Positions 49,008 to 59,381 are shown, counted from the stretch's first letter. The stretch is 64,000 nucleotides of DNA from Candidatus Sysuiplasma jiujiangense (GCA_019721075.1 JAHEAD010000001.1:62001-126000); one strand, 5' to 3'. Notes: generated by a model from the sequence alone, not told the origin. Numbers and translations are program-made.

Positions 49008-52000
49008 TCACTGAAAAAGTTTAGAAATCATATCATCGATGCCCGTGATACTTGAGCGGCTGCCGTCCCAGTTTTCCAGCGACTGATATCTCCTTTCAAC
49101 AGAAGAGACGAACGCACTCATCCTTTCATTCCACCCTCCTGGTGCCTGACCGGAATAAATGGAGATGGCGAATATGTTCCTCCCCCTGTCTATTGAAATG
49201 GAATATCTTCCGAGTTCTATTCTCCTGACGGATTCTGCATTTTCCGTGCCGGAAAATGAAGTTGACACAAAATCCTGTATGGCCGTAAACATTCCTACAA
49301 CGATGTCACGGTCTACTCCCTCGTACCCTTCCCTGTTGTGTGACGATATGAGCCGACCGTCGTTGCTTATAAGAAGAACGGTCTCGAGCCGGAATAGATG
49401 TGGTTTGAAACGCATATACAAAAGCGCTGCACCAAGGACGGCAACCAGCGAAAGCAGAGCATAGAACGAGACTGCATAGATGTTAACAGGTGATGCCCTG
49501 ACATGAACGTATATTGTGCTCACCGTCACATGCCCCTGCAGAGTTGAAACGAACACCGTGATTGTTTCCTCGTCAATACCTGACGGAAGCGATATCAGGA
49601 TGTCATTGCCTATTGCTGAAGCGCCCATGCCGGAAACAGCGATCGAGATTGGTTCATGATTGGGATTATTGATGTATTGTGAGAGATTGATGATGAAGAC
49701 AGAAGACCTAGTGTAGACGGATGCCGGAATGGAGACTGTAGGAGGTATCTCGATCGGATAGACAAAAATGACAACACTGTAGTCGATGAAGCCTGCGCTT
49801 GAGTTTATGAAAAAATCCGCCCTAACGCTGCCGGTAAAATACTTTGACGGTGCAATGTTCACGAGTCCTTCAGATGATATCGTAATCGAAATATTGGAGG
49901 CGCTGCCTGAGAAACTGAGCGGTTCACCCTGAGGTGAGAAGAAGAGCGCAGACAGATTGATGGATTGCGAAACACCGTTTTCAGGTACGCTTATTATCGA
50001 CGGCAATACAACTCCTTCCATGACCGCAGGCGGTTCAAGCGATGATACATAGACTGTGATGGTGATGCTCACCGAATCATTTGATGACGGTGAAATTGGT
50101 CCTCCTATGAAGAGCAGTGAAGTGTTGTACCAGTAAGGACCCAGATAGGTCGAACCGCCGCTTGAATTTGCCGGCATTGAGAAGAGCAGAGAGAAGTTTC
50201 CCCTGCTGAACAGAATCATGTCCGAACCCGTGAGCACTGATATCTGATCCAGTGGAACATATGTGTCCGAAACATAGGGAAGCAGTGAGAGAGCATAGTT
50301 CGTTCCGCCGTCCGTGGCATAATGGACCCTGATTACTGGTATCGGCGCAACGGCAGGCGGTGTAACGATGTCTGCAATTCCCACTCTGATGAGAAGGAAG
50401 GCAAACTCCCCCTGCGTATTGTTGGCCTCAATGAGGAGTGTGCCCTGAAGCGTTGAAGGCATGGCAGGTGCACTCAGCTCTAGCGATCCTGAATTAGAAA
50501 TATGCGCGGATACGACAGTTGAATAGACGGAGTAGGACAGGGAAGTTGTGCTGTAGAAATAGCTGTTGAGGGTATAGGGAAGGGATTCAGTCTCGCCCCT
50601 GTCTATCGATATAAATGAAGGCGGTGCGTTCCTGACATCGACAGAAGGCGCGACAGACGGTGAAACCGTCACTATCTGTATGAAACCTGCAGTCATGTTG
50701 TCCGGTCCCGACGCTGTTATGAGCACGGGAAAAGACTGATGCACTGCTGCGGATGGAAAAAGGTATGTCAGCATATCCGCGTTCCTGGAAACGTACGGGG
50801 AGGTTGTTGTTACTTTCATATCATTAACCGCGTAAGGTGCGAACCCCAGGAAATATGTAAAATTCAATGAGAATGCAACGCCGTCCTGGACTGCCAGATA
50901 ATGCGGCATCGATGCGTTCCACTTCGGAACGGGAAGCACTTTTATCTGCAGTTCGGTTGACGCAGAGTAACCCTCACGGTTTACAACCACAAGTGTGGCA
51001 TTGACGAATCCGTAGACACCGGGGTATGAGACGAATGTAATATTTGCGTCACCGAAGGAACCCGAGCCGTATGTATAGAAGAGGCTATTCCCGCCGTACA
51101 GAAACCACTGCAGATTTGCCAGGTACGGATCATTCGGATCCTGAACATAGGGCGCCAGATTCAATTGCCAGCTGTAGTTAGAAGGCTCCTGCATTGCAGG
51201 TATTGCTGAGATGAAACGGGGACTGAATGCTGAAGGCACCACCGTAAGACGCGCCTGAGCAGTGACGCCTGCAGAGGCTGCTTCTAAGTAGCCTGAGGAG
51301 AGAGGTTGCGTCGATACATTAAGCACAGCAAAACTCCCGTTGACATAAAGCGTTCCGGCATTGGTTGTCCAGAGTACATTTTCAACCTGCACCTGATTGC
51401 CGTACGCATCGTACCCGATGGCACTGAAGAAATAGGTTTGTCCGGCCATGAGTGTCTCGCTTGATGGACTTATTTCAAGTGTGAAGAGCGGAGCCGAGGA
51501 CACTGAGACTGACGCATAGCCGCTTGCACCGCTGACAGTGTCGGAAACAACCACTCTTCCGGTTCCGTTTCTCAGTGCCTGAAATACGCCAGTCCGTGAT
51601 ATGTTGCCTATATTCCCCGTAACATTCCACTGCGGGGACCAGCTGTTGTTCAGATTGCCGTATACGTCAAATCCCTGTGCAGTGAACGTTTCAGTTTCAC
51701 CCGCAACCATAGAGTAGTTGCCCGGGCTGATCACTATCCTGCTCACGTAAGAGGCGACCACGCCAACGGACGACGAACCGTAAACGGCACCGTATACGAT
51801 GTGAAGCGTGAAATTGCCTGACAGGTATATGGTCAGATTCATGGCTGAATAGCCATTTCTGAACATAGCTGTTCCTGGAACATATTCTGCAGCACTGACC
51901 CGGCTTCCGTTCCCGGACAGGAGTATCACGTTAGCGGTCCCATTAAATGACTGCATTACGGCACCGTTATCGGCAACTGCGTAGGAATTGACAGTTTCTG

Positions 52001-53024
52001 TGCTTCCTGCAGTCACATTAACTGTTGCGGGTAGAGAGAAATATTCCAGGGACGGTCTGACGTATATTGAGCTGTTGAGGTAATAAGACTCCAGATAACC
52101 CGTCAGATTCGCCGCCGTAAACGCCCTGAACTCGATGGTGTAGCTGCCGTATCTGATGGGGGCTGAGGAGAAATTGAATATGCGGAAGTAGCCTCCCGCT
52201 GAATAATTCGTCATAAGGCCCGAAGCAACCACGTAGCCCGTACTGTTCACTATGGTGAGGGAAACACCCGCAATATCACTGTAACCGAGCGCATCTGTGA
52301 CATTTGCCTGAATCAGGAGACTCTGATTATCATACACGGCGTTTCCGTCATTAACATTAGCCTGCAGCGAGGAGATCCTCGGTGTAATGTTTAATCTGAA
52401 GTTCGAAGGGACATTGTTATAGTCAAACTCGACATATACGCTCGTGAAAACATTACTGTCGATTCTTGTTGCATTCAGGACAATGCTGCTCCCTGCCGCA
52501 AGAGTATATGATGAAATTTTTGCCAAATCGACATAGACGCGTTCGTTCGGAACAAGCGAAATATCCCCCGTGGCGCCGGAAGATATATTGTAAGATTTTC
52601 CACTGGTCACATTCTGCAGACTGATTGCGATATCCACTGGACTTCCTGTTGATGTGTTTGATGGTGTCAGATAAAGGGTTACATTGACTGTCCCGCTCAG
52701 TTCCATTGGCACTCCGGCAGCCGGAAAAACAATCCATTTAAACGAGTTGTCAGGAGCGTCCGCATTAAGGGCGATGCCCTGATAACTGTTGCTTATGAAG
52801 TAGGGATTCGGCGGGTTATACGGCACTGATGTGTTTGCCCAGTCGAATCTCTTTGAATAATCACCCGATCCATGCTGGTCATCGTGCAGGTAGAATGTCG
52901 TGGTAATCGGCTGAGGCACCGATCCTTTGGCTGTGGCGGTCGCGACGAAATATGATGCGGGGAGAAGAATGATGAGAGATATGAACACAATTGATATTCC
53001 TCTGAAATTTGGACCAGACCTCAT
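49008..53024 (-). CDS. Large single-pass surface protein: Ig/cadherin-like repeats, TM, cytoplasmic longin/roadblock-like domain
   Basis: Signal peptide; Big-2-like repeats (ISP...AG...F.A.G.D.YGN); cadherin-like units (LNLAPYVQDP, LSLLPYVSD, INLSALFFSP); TM; tail VLLISNDGRLI...DRDIVVGMFTAIQDFV...ENWDG. Confidence 0.85.
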   Translation of the reverse strand: MRSGPNFRGISIVFISLIILLPASYFVATATAKGSVPQPITTTFYLHDDQHGSGDYSKRFDWANTSVPYNPPNPYFISNSYQGIALNADAPDNSFKWIVFPAAGVPMELSGTVNVTLYLTPSNTSTGSPVDIAISLQNVTSGKSYNISSGATGDISLVPNERVYVDLAKISSYTLAAGSSIVLNATRIDSNVFTSVYVEFDYNNVPSNFRLNITPRISSLQANVNDGNAVYDNQSLLIQANVTDALGYSDIAGVSLTIVNSTGYVVASGLMTNYSAGGYFRIFNFSSAPIRYGSYTIEFRAFTAANLTGYLESYYLNSSIYVRPSLEYFSLPATVNVTAGSTETVNSYAVADNGAVMQSFNGTANVILLSGNGSRVSAAEYVPGTAMFRNGYSAMNLTIYLSGNFTLHIVYGAVYGSSSVGVVASYVSRIVISPGNYSMVAGETETFTAQGFDVYGNLNNSWSPQWNVTGNIGNISRTGVFQALRNGTGRVVVSDTVSGASGYASVSVSSAPLFTLEISPSSETLMAGQTYFFSAIGYDAYGNQVQVENVLWTTNAGTLYVNGSFAVLNVSTQPLSSGYLEAASAGVTAQARLTVVPSAFSPRFISAIPAMQEPSNYSWQLNLAPYVQDPNDPYLANLQWFLYGGNSLFYTYGSGSFGDANITFVSYPGVYGFVNATLVVVNREGYSASTELQIKVLPVPKWNASMPHYLAVQDGVAFSLNFTYFLGFAPYAVNDMKVTTTSPYVSRNADMLTYLFPSAAVHQSFPVLITASGPDNMTAGFIQIVTVSPSVAPSVDVRNAPPSFISIDRGETESLPYTLNSYFYSTTSLSYSVYSTVVSAHISNSGSLELSAPAMPSTLQGTLLIEANNTQGEFAFLLIRVGIADIVTPPAVAPIPVIRVHYATDGGTNYALSLLPYVSDTYVPLDQISVLTGSDMILFSRGNFSLLFSMPANSSGGSTYLGPYWYNTSLLFIGGPISPSSNDSVSITITVYVSSLEPPAVMEGVVLPSIISVPENGVSQSINLSALFFSPQGEPLSFSGSASNISITISSEGLVNIAPSKYFTGSVRADFFINSSAGFIDYSVVIFVYPIEIPPTVSIPASVYTRSSVFIINLSQYINNPNHEPISIAVSGMGASAIGNDILISLPSGIDEETITVFVSTLQGHVTVSTIYVHVRASPVNIYAVSFYALLSLVAVLGAALLYMRFKPHLFRLETVLLISNDGRLISSHNREGYEGVDRDIVVGMFTAIQDFVSTSFSGTENAESVRRIELGRYSISIDRGRNIFAISIYSGQAPGGWNERMSAFVSSVERRYQSLENWDGSRSSITGIDDMISKLFQ

Positions 53025-53084
53025 CCTAAATCGCCGCCGTTTGTTGGAGCAAAGGATTCCATTCAAAGGAGCAATTGCCCATTC

Positions 53085-53624
53085 CTACTTTCTTGATGTC
53101 AGCATAGAAGCCAGCCGCATGAACGCGTTCTCCACACCTTCGCCCGTTTTGGCACTGGTGACCATTGCCGGCGAGCCATATGAAGTTGCAACCTTTTCCA
53201 GATCCTGTTTTGTCACTGTGGCCTTGTCCGTGAGATCGCACTTGTTGCCAATGAAAATCATCGGTATGTGGCCGGTTATGCTCTCCATCGACTTTATCCA
53301 GTATTTCAGCTCCTCAAGCGATTCCCTGCTTGTAACATCACAAACACAAATGGCCCCTTCAGCACCATAGAAATAAGATTCGCGCAGGAGTTCCCTGAAC
53401 CCCTTCTGACCCATTATATCCCATATGAGCATTGAAAGATTTATATCCCGGCCGTTGTCCTTCTTGACGGTAACCTCCTTCTTCGTGACCTTGGTGCCTA
53501 TTGTGGAAGTGTACTTGTCGTCAAATGTATCCAGTACGAATCGCCTGATCAGACTCGTCTTGCCGACATTGTTGTCCCCGACCAGACAAATCTTTGTCTT
53601 AATTTCCTCGTTCAGCCAAATCAC
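53085..53624 (-). CDS. Rab-like Ras-superfamily small GTPase (start GTG 53624 or CTG 53615)
   Basis: G1 GDNNVGKT, G2 STIG, G3 WDIMGQ, G4 NKCD, G5 SAK; YFYGA and CDVT RabF-like motifs; no C-terminal Cys. Confidence 0.93.
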   Translation of the reverse strand: MIWLNEEIKTKICLVGDNNVGKTSLIRRFVLDTFDDKYTSTIGTKVTKKEVTVKKDNGRDINLSMLIWDIMGQKGFRELLRESYFYGAEGAICVCDVTSRESLEELKYWIKSMESITGHIPMIFIGNKCDLTDKATVTKQDLEKVATSYGSPAMVTSAKTGEGVENAFMRLASMLTSRK

Positions 53625-53715
53625 CCTTGCCTAGATGCCGATGTCACTTCAGCTATTGCAACAATCATTGATAAATATATTTCATTATGCTTTCATTTAA
53701 TGAAATTAACGGTTG

Positions 53716-54498
53716 TCACCTGTCCGAGAAGCTGGCCTTTCTCTTTTTCAGGAACGCTTCCATTCCTTCCTTTCTGTCCTCAGTGGAGAATAGTGCGTAA
53801 AAGAGCTGTCTTTCATATCTCAGCCCCTGCTGAAGTCCCTGCTCCTGTGATGCATTGACCGCCTCCTTGGCCAGCATAATAGGTATCAGTGATTTCTGCG
53901 ATATGACTTTTGCAATCCTGATTGCCTCTTCGAGCGCCTTCCCATCCGGAACGAGGGAGCTTATGAGTCCCATTTTCTGTGCATCCTGGGCGGTGAAAAG
54001 CTCCCCGGTAAGTATGTACCTCATGGCACTGTATCTTCCTATTGCCCTGGTCAGACGCTGGGTACCCCCAGCTCCGGGAATAATGCCGAGATTTATTTCA
54101 GGCTGGCCAAACTTGGCACCTTCGGATGAAACTATGATATCGCATGACATAGCGAGTTCACATCCGCCCCCAAGTGCATAACCCTCAACAGCCGCTATGA
54201 CTGGCTTGCGGCAGCGTAGCATATCATCCCAGACCGAAAAATCATCTTCATGCTCGAAGGAGACAAAACTCTTGCCCGACATGTCGGCAACGTCCGCACC
54301 TGCCGAAAATGCCTTTCCGTTTCCGCTAAGCACAATTACCTTTACTCCGTCATCTTTGTCAGCGGCCCTCATTGTTTCAGCAATGTGGCCCACAAGTCTG
54401 AAGTTCAATGCGTTGAGCACGTTCGGCCTGTTCAGTTTGAGCAAGAGAATGGCGTCTGTTTTTTCCACTATAAGATCTTCGTATGAGACAAAGGACAT
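53716..54498 (-). CDS. Enoyl-CoA hydratase (crotonase)
   Basis: LNRPNVLNAL, AFSAGAD, LGGGCEL, GQPEINLGIIPGAGGTQRL. Confidence 0.95.
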   Translation of the reverse strand: MSFVSYEDLIVEKTDAILLLKLNRPNVLNALNFRLVGHIAETMRAADKDDGVKVIVLSGNGKAFSAGADVADMSGKSFVSFEHEDDFSVWDDMLRCRKPVIAAVEGYALGGGCELAMSCDIIVSSEGAKFGQPEINLGIIPGAGGTQRLTRAIGRYSAMRYILTGELFTAQDAQKMGLISSLVPDGKALEEAIRIAKVISQKSLIPIMLAKEAVNASQEQGLQQGLRYERQLFYALFSTEDRKEGMEAFLKKRKASFSDR

Positions 54499-54581
54499 GC
54501 CATTCACATACATTTTGTTGAATAAATCATTTTCATTCCCGACTTGTAGAAGAAACAAGGCCAATGTTTGACATGGGATGT

Positions 54582-55763
54582 TCACCCTGAGCCAAAAGTC
54601 ATGGCAATCTGTGCAAGCGAGGCAGTTCCAAGTTTCAGGACCGCTTCATCGACCTTGAACATCGAGCTGTGGTTTGGATAGACGCATCCCTTCTTCCTGT
54701 TACCCGTACCCAGAAAGTAGAAGGTTCCGGGGGCCCTCTGAAGGAAACGGGAGAAATCCTCTCCTCCCATGATCTGTCGCGCTTCAACCACACGGATGCC
54801 CTTCAGCTCCCTGAGTATTGCCTCCGCCCTCCTGGTTGCGGAGGGGTCGTTCTCAGTCACTGGATAAGCATTTTCAATAAATTTCACCTCGCACTTTGCA
54901 CCTGTTGAAGTACAGACAGACTTTGAGATGTGTTCCACCAATGATTTTGCCCTTCTTCTGGTAATCCTGTCGAATGTTCTCACTGTACCTTCAAGAAGTG
55001 CATCGTCAGGTATGATGTTGTCCTTTGTTCCGGAATGGAAACTGCATACGGAGAGAGCAAATGGCTCGACAGGGTCTATCATTCGTGAACGAATCCCGTA
55101 AAGAGCCGAAACCAGTTCGGCGGCTGTATACAAGGGATCAATCGTTTCATGAGGTGAGGAGCCGTGGCCCCCCTTCCCGATAATCCTGATCCTGAACGAG
55201 TCCGGCGCTGCCATTATGGGCCCGGGTCGGAGCGCTATGGTGCCGGAGGGGTACTGCGAGCTTATATGGAGGCCGAAGACATAATCCACTTTCGGGTTAT
55301 CCATCGTACCCGCCCTTATCATTGGTTCTGCTCCGCCTAAACCGCCGTGCTCTTCTGCCGGCTGGAAAATAAGTTTAACTGTCCCCTTGAGATGGTCACG
55401 ATGGCGCATGATAAGTGCGGCAGCGCCGAGAAGCATGGCTACGTGGGTATCATGACCGCATGCATGCATTATTCCGGACTTCCGCGATCTGAAGGGTATG
55501 TCAGCCAGCTCTTCTAGAGGGAGTGCGTCCATATCCGCCCTGAGGCCTATGCATGGTCCCTTTTCACGTCCTTCTATTAGACCTACGACACCGTAGCCGC
55601 CTACGCCTGTCTTGTGTTTAATTCCAAGGGAGCGGAGTTTTGATGAAATGAGATAGGATGTTTCCTCCTCATGATAAGAGAGTTCCGGATTTTCATGAAG
55701 TTTACGCCTTGTTTCAATTAGTTCATCTTCGATCTCACGCGCTTCGTCAATTATTGAAGGCAT
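54582..55763 (-). CDS. M20D amidohydrolase / thermostable carboxypeptidase (CpsA-like)
   Basis: LHENPEL, RADMDALP, MHACGHD, FQPAEE, GKGGHG, GEDF, NHS. Confidence 0.93.
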   Translation of the reverse strand: MPSIIDEAREIEDELIETRRKLHENPELSYHEEETSYLISSKLRSLGIKHKTGVGGYGVVGLIEGREKGPCIGLRADMDALPLEELADIPFRSRKSGIMHACGHDTHVAMLLGAAALIMRHRDHLKGTVKLIFQPAEEHGGLGGAEPMIRAGTMDNPKVDYVFGLHISSQYPSGTIALRPGPIMAAPDSFRIRIIGKGGHGSSPHETIDPLYTAAELVSALYGIRSRMIDPVEPFALSVCSFHSGTKDNIIPDDALLEGTVRTFDRITRRRAKSLVEHISKSVCTSTGAKCEVKFIENAYPVTENDPSATRRAEAILRELKGIRVVEARQIMGGEDFSRFLQRAPGTFYFLGTGNRKKGCVYPNHSSMFKVDEAVLKLGTASLAQIAMTFGSG

Positions 55764-55879
55764 AACGGTACAATCGATTTGGAATATAAACGGATGTGAT
55801 TAATGGTGGAACATTTTATGCGTTGCAAAAGAAGGATTAATAACCGGTATGCTCTTTCACCGCCTGAGGCTACCTGACT

Positions 55880-56374
55880 ATGGGCAATACAGCTGAGGGG
55901 GCAAAAGCCGGCCTGCTGGCGGGGATAGTATACGGCATACTGGATTCAGTATTAGGTGTCCTTTTTCTGACAATTTTCAAAAGCGAAATAATTTCTGTTC
56001 TGAAATCCTCCCTTCCGGCAGGCTCGCCGATAAGTGCGGCTTCCCTGTATGATCTCACGCTGTCACTTGCCGTTGTGGCAGCAATCATCGGAGGCATCAT
56101 AATAGGTCTGATCCTCGGCCTGATATTCAGTGCGGTATATGGTCATCTGCCGGGCAGCAGCAGTACGTCGAAGGGACTTGTCTTTGGAGTTATAATGTGG
56201 CTCGTGCTCAATGTCCTCCTTGGACTGGGTGATCTGCGATATGGTCTCCTATACTACGTGCTGGGCGTGACTGCAGGACTGCTCATATCTCTGATATTCG
56301 GGGCGATAATGGGAAAACTGTATGACAGAGGAATGAGGAAATTGTCCCGGAATCAGGTTACAGTCGTGAACTGA
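55880..56374 (+). CDS. Four-TM membrane protein, unknown function
   Basis: Gly-rich hydrophobic helices, KGLVFGVIMW motif. Confidence 0.75.
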   Translation: MGNTAEGAKAGLLAGIVYGILDSVLGVLFLTIFKSEIISVLKSSLPAGSPISAASLYDLTLSLAVVAAIIGGIIIGLILGLIFSAVYGHLPGSSSTSKGLVFGVIMWLVLNVLLGLGDLRYGLLYYVLGVTAGLLISLIFGAIMGKLYDRGMRKLSRNQVTVVN

Positions 56375-56412
56375 TCTGGTTGAAATGGCCTGCGTAACCG
56401 GGGTGGTAAGGG

Positions 56413-57186
56413 CTGGATATAAACTCAACGCTCTTTCTTGATCCTGTTACTGCAATAATTGTAGGTTCAATTCCGATCATTTTCTTCAGGAAAAGCTGGT
56501 CGCTGATTGGCATCGCATCTGCCGCATATTTCGTTGCAATAACTGCAAAAATTGTTGTTGAAACGACGTTTTCCCGCTTCTTCGGAACAGGCCAAATTGC
56601 GACATACATCGCCTACGGACTGCTCACCTCTGCCTTTGAAATAGGAATTGCATATTTTCTCATCAGGCTCTTCAGGAAAGTCACACTTCGCGATGGACTG
56701 ACAGGACTCTTCTACGGATTCAGCCTTTCATTCTGGGAAAATGCAGTCTATATCGGCCTTCTGGCGGAACCTTACAACTTATTTAGCCTTGCCCTTGTCT
56801 ATACGCTTCCTGCTGGAGTACTGTCTCCGGCCATTCAACATATGTATTCGCTGAATTACGTTCCTTTGTTATTGCCTCATCTTCTGGACAGGGGCTCATC
56901 CATGGTTGCACATCTGATGTTCGGTTTCATGACATTTGCTTCTGTGAAATACGGCAAGATCGGCAAATTCTTAGTCGTGCTGCCGCTTGGATTCACAGAT
57001 TCCCTGGCAGCCTGGTACGATCTGGCCAGACCACCGCTTACCTACCTTGAAATTTCACTGATATTGCTGACGCTCACCATTATCGCTTCGCTGGCCATTC
57101 TGGTTGTATCAGGCGAACTGAAAGAGTTCAGAGATTCGCTTACATCAGAGTTCATCCTCCACAGAGTACAAGACGAAAGTAGGTGA
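56413..57186 (+). CDS. YhfC/PrsW-like glutamic intramembrane protease; probable CTG start
   Basis: Frame open from TAA 56409 to 57186; AYFVAITAK, YGLLTSAFEIG, FWENA, DRGSSMVAH motifs; GGGGTGG RBS 6 nt before CTG; the track shows only the last 114 aa. Confidence 0.78.
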   Translation: MDINSTLFLDPVTAIIVGSIPIIFFRKSWSLIGIASAAYFVAITAKIVVETTFSRFFGTGQIATYIAYGLLTSAFEIGIAYFLIRLFRKVTLRDGLTGLFYGFSLSFWENAVYIGLLAEPYNLFSLALVYTLPAGVLSPAIQHMYSLNYVPLLLPHLLDRGSSMVAHLMFGFMTFASVKYGKIGKFLVVLPLGFTDSLAAWYDLARPPLTYLEISLILLTLTIIASLAILVVSGELKEFRDSLTSEFILHRVQDESR

Positions 57187-57290
57187 GAGAACACAGGACC
57201 AGTTCCGGCAACAGCTAATTAAAAATAATAGACACAAATGCATAGGGGTATTGTCCTGAGCCGTGAAACGGAACAGGAAGGCGATATGAA

Positions 57291-57674
57291 ATGAGCAATG
57301 TTCCTGAAAAACTGCTTTACACTGCAACACACGAATGGCTGAAAAGGGAAGGAAAGAACTATAAGATCGGCATAACCGATCATGCCCAATCCGAGCTCAC
57401 TGACGTTGTTTTTGTTGAGTTTGAAAAGAAAGGAAAAAAGGTAAAGAAGGGCGATGTTGTCGCAAATGTCGAATCTGTCAAAACAGTTTCTGAAATTTAT
57501 GCACCGGTAAGCGGAACTGTAACTGAGTTAAATGAGGAATTGACAAAATCGCCCGAAAACATCAACAGGGACCCCTACGGGGAGGGCTGGTTCGTTATAA
57601 TAGAACCTGACGCAGAAACGGATTCCGCGGAACTTCTTTCACCTGCAGCCTACAGGAAGGCAATTGGTGAATAA
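57291..57674 (+). CDS. gcvH: Glycine cleavage system H protein
   Basis: HEW, GITDHAQSELTDVVFVE, VESVKTVSEIYAPVSG lipoyl-Lys, INRDPYGEGW. Confidence 0.96.
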   Translation: MSNVPEKLLYTATHEWLKREGKNYKIGITDHAQSELTDVVFVEFEKKGKKVKKGDVVANVESVKTVSEIYAPVSGTVTELNEELTKSPENINRDPYGEGWFVIIEPDAETDSAELLSPAAYRKAIGE

Positions 57675-58460
57675 ATGGCAAGGCAGATAATAACCGGTAT
57701 CACGGAAAAAGAAGGAGCGAGATATGCGCTTATCTGCGGCGACCCGGAGAGGGTTCCGAAGATTGCTTCAAAACTCTCTTCCGCGAAAAATATCATGCGC
57801 GTACGGGAGTACAACATAATGGCAGGAACGCTTGAAGGTGAAAAGGCGGTTGTTGCATCCACGGGGATTGGCGGGCCATCTACCGCGATCCTGATGGAGG
57901 AACTGGCCAATACAGGCACTGACACTTTCATCAGGGTTGGGACCTCGGGTGGCATCGCCAACGGACTCACAAAGGGAGATCTTGTCATAACAACAGGAGC
58001 TTACAGAAAGGACGGAACGAGCAGAAGCTATGTTCCAGACACTTTCCCGGCTCTTGCACACACGGATATTATATCAGCTCTGACGGCAGCGGCAAAAAAA
58101 TTAGGACTGCGTTATCAGTCTGGTCTTACGCTTTCGGTTGACGGTTTCTATTCTGAAAATAAAATAATTGATAAGGGCATCATAAAATCCATGTCCCATC
58201 TCGGTTTCGCTCTTTCAGGAACCGAAAACAGTCTTGGGGATGCAAAAAAACTGGGTGTGAAAAATATAGAGATGGAGATGGGGACGGTTCTGACATTAAC
58301 CACACTCTGGGGGATCCGTGGAGGAGGAGTATGCCTTGTTTCAGATGTTGCACCTTGGCACTATACCGAAGATGTCATCGACCCGGAAACAGGGATGGAA
58401 AACTGCATAGCTGTCGGTATAGAGGCAACGAGGAATATTATTCGCTCTGACAGGAAATAG
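57675..58460 (+). CDS. udp: Uridine phosphorylase-like nucleoside phosphorylase
   Basis: GDPERV, REY, STGIGGPS, IRVGTSG, DGTSRSY, DGFY, EME. Confidence 0.85.
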   Translation: MARQIITGITEKEGARYALICGDPERVPKIASKLSSAKNIMRVREYNIMAGTLEGEKAVVASTGIGGPSTAILMEELANTGTDTFIRVGTSGGIANGLTKGDLVITTGAYRKDGTSRSYVPDTFPALAHTDIISALTAAAKKLGLRYQSGLTLSVDGFYSENKIIDKGIIKSMSHLGFALSGTENSLGDAKKLGVKNIEMEMGTVLTLTTLWGIRGGGVCLVSDVAPWHYTEDVIDPETGMENCIAVGIEATRNIIRSDRK

Positions 58461-58496
58461 ATGTTTTTTTGCCTTTGCAGGGGATGCAGGTATCGT

Positions 58497-59381
58497 TCAG
58501 CACGTGGAGTCCAGGAAACCGGATACAGCTGAGAGGAATTTTTCTCTCTCTTCCCACATTGGAAGATGTGAACTGTTTGGAAATATTTTCAGGACTGAAT
58601 CGGGTATGCCGTCGTGTATGTGTTTCGCCACCGCCGGAGTTACTTCGTCGTACTTTCCGCCGGTGACAAATGCTGGCACCCCGATGCCATGAAGGCTGCC
58701 CGAAACGTCCCAGTAGCGTATGTTCCCTATTATTGTAAATTCATTCGGTCCGTTCATAGTATTGTAAACCGGAGCGCTTATGTGCTCCAGCGAATAAACA
58801 AGCTCGGCCGGCCATTCTTTGAGACGGCATACGTGCCGCCTGTAAAACACTTCCACGGCCCTGAGATATTCTGGATTGGTATACTCACCGCTGTTTTCAT
58901 ATTTTTCAAGCACCGTTCTGATAGAGGCTGGGAGAAGTCGCTTCAGACGCTGCATTTCACTGCTTGCAAGTGGTACACTGGCAACCCCGCCTTCGGTGAT
59001 AATACTCCTGAGATTTTTTTGATACTTGAGTGCGTATGCGATGGCCAGAAGTCCACCGTAACTTGAACCCATAAGATGTATCTTGCCGAGTTTCAACTTA
59101 CGTCTCAGCTCCTCAAGCTCCTCGACACCGTTCTCGATTGTAAACAGTGCGATATTTTTCGGGAGCTCTGATTTTCCGCATCCCAGCTGATCATACAGCA
59201 AAACTTCATATCCTTCTGAAACAAGGTCAGTCATAGGAAGCAGATAATCGTGTGTTGCACCGGGTCCGCCGTGCAGACAGACTACCGTCCCCTTCCGCTT
59301 ACCGCCGGCATTATCCGCTTTGAAGTATCTAAAATAGATATTGAAGCCGCGTACAGTGATTCTTCCCCCCGAACTATTCAT
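58497..59381 (-). CDS. pip: Proline iminopeptidase (tricorn-interacting factor F1-like)
   Basis: LHGGPG, YDQLGCGKS, GSSYGG, MNGPNEFT, YDEVTP, SSHLPMWE. Confidence 0.92.
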   Translation of the reverse strand: MNSSGGRITVRGFNIYFRYFKADNAGGKRKGTVVCLHGGPGATHDYLLPMTDLVSEGYEVLLYDQLGCGKSELPKNIALFTIENGVEELEELRRKLKLGKIHLMGSSYGGLLAIAYALKYQKNLRSIITEGGVASVPLASSEMQRLKRLLPASIRTVLEKYENSGEYTNPEYLRAVEVFYRRHVCRLKEWPAELVYSLEHISAPVYNTMNGPNEFTIIGNIRYWDVSGSLHGIGVPAFVTGGKYDEVTPAVAKHIHDGIPDSVLKIFPNSSHLPMWEEREKFLSAVSGFLDSTC

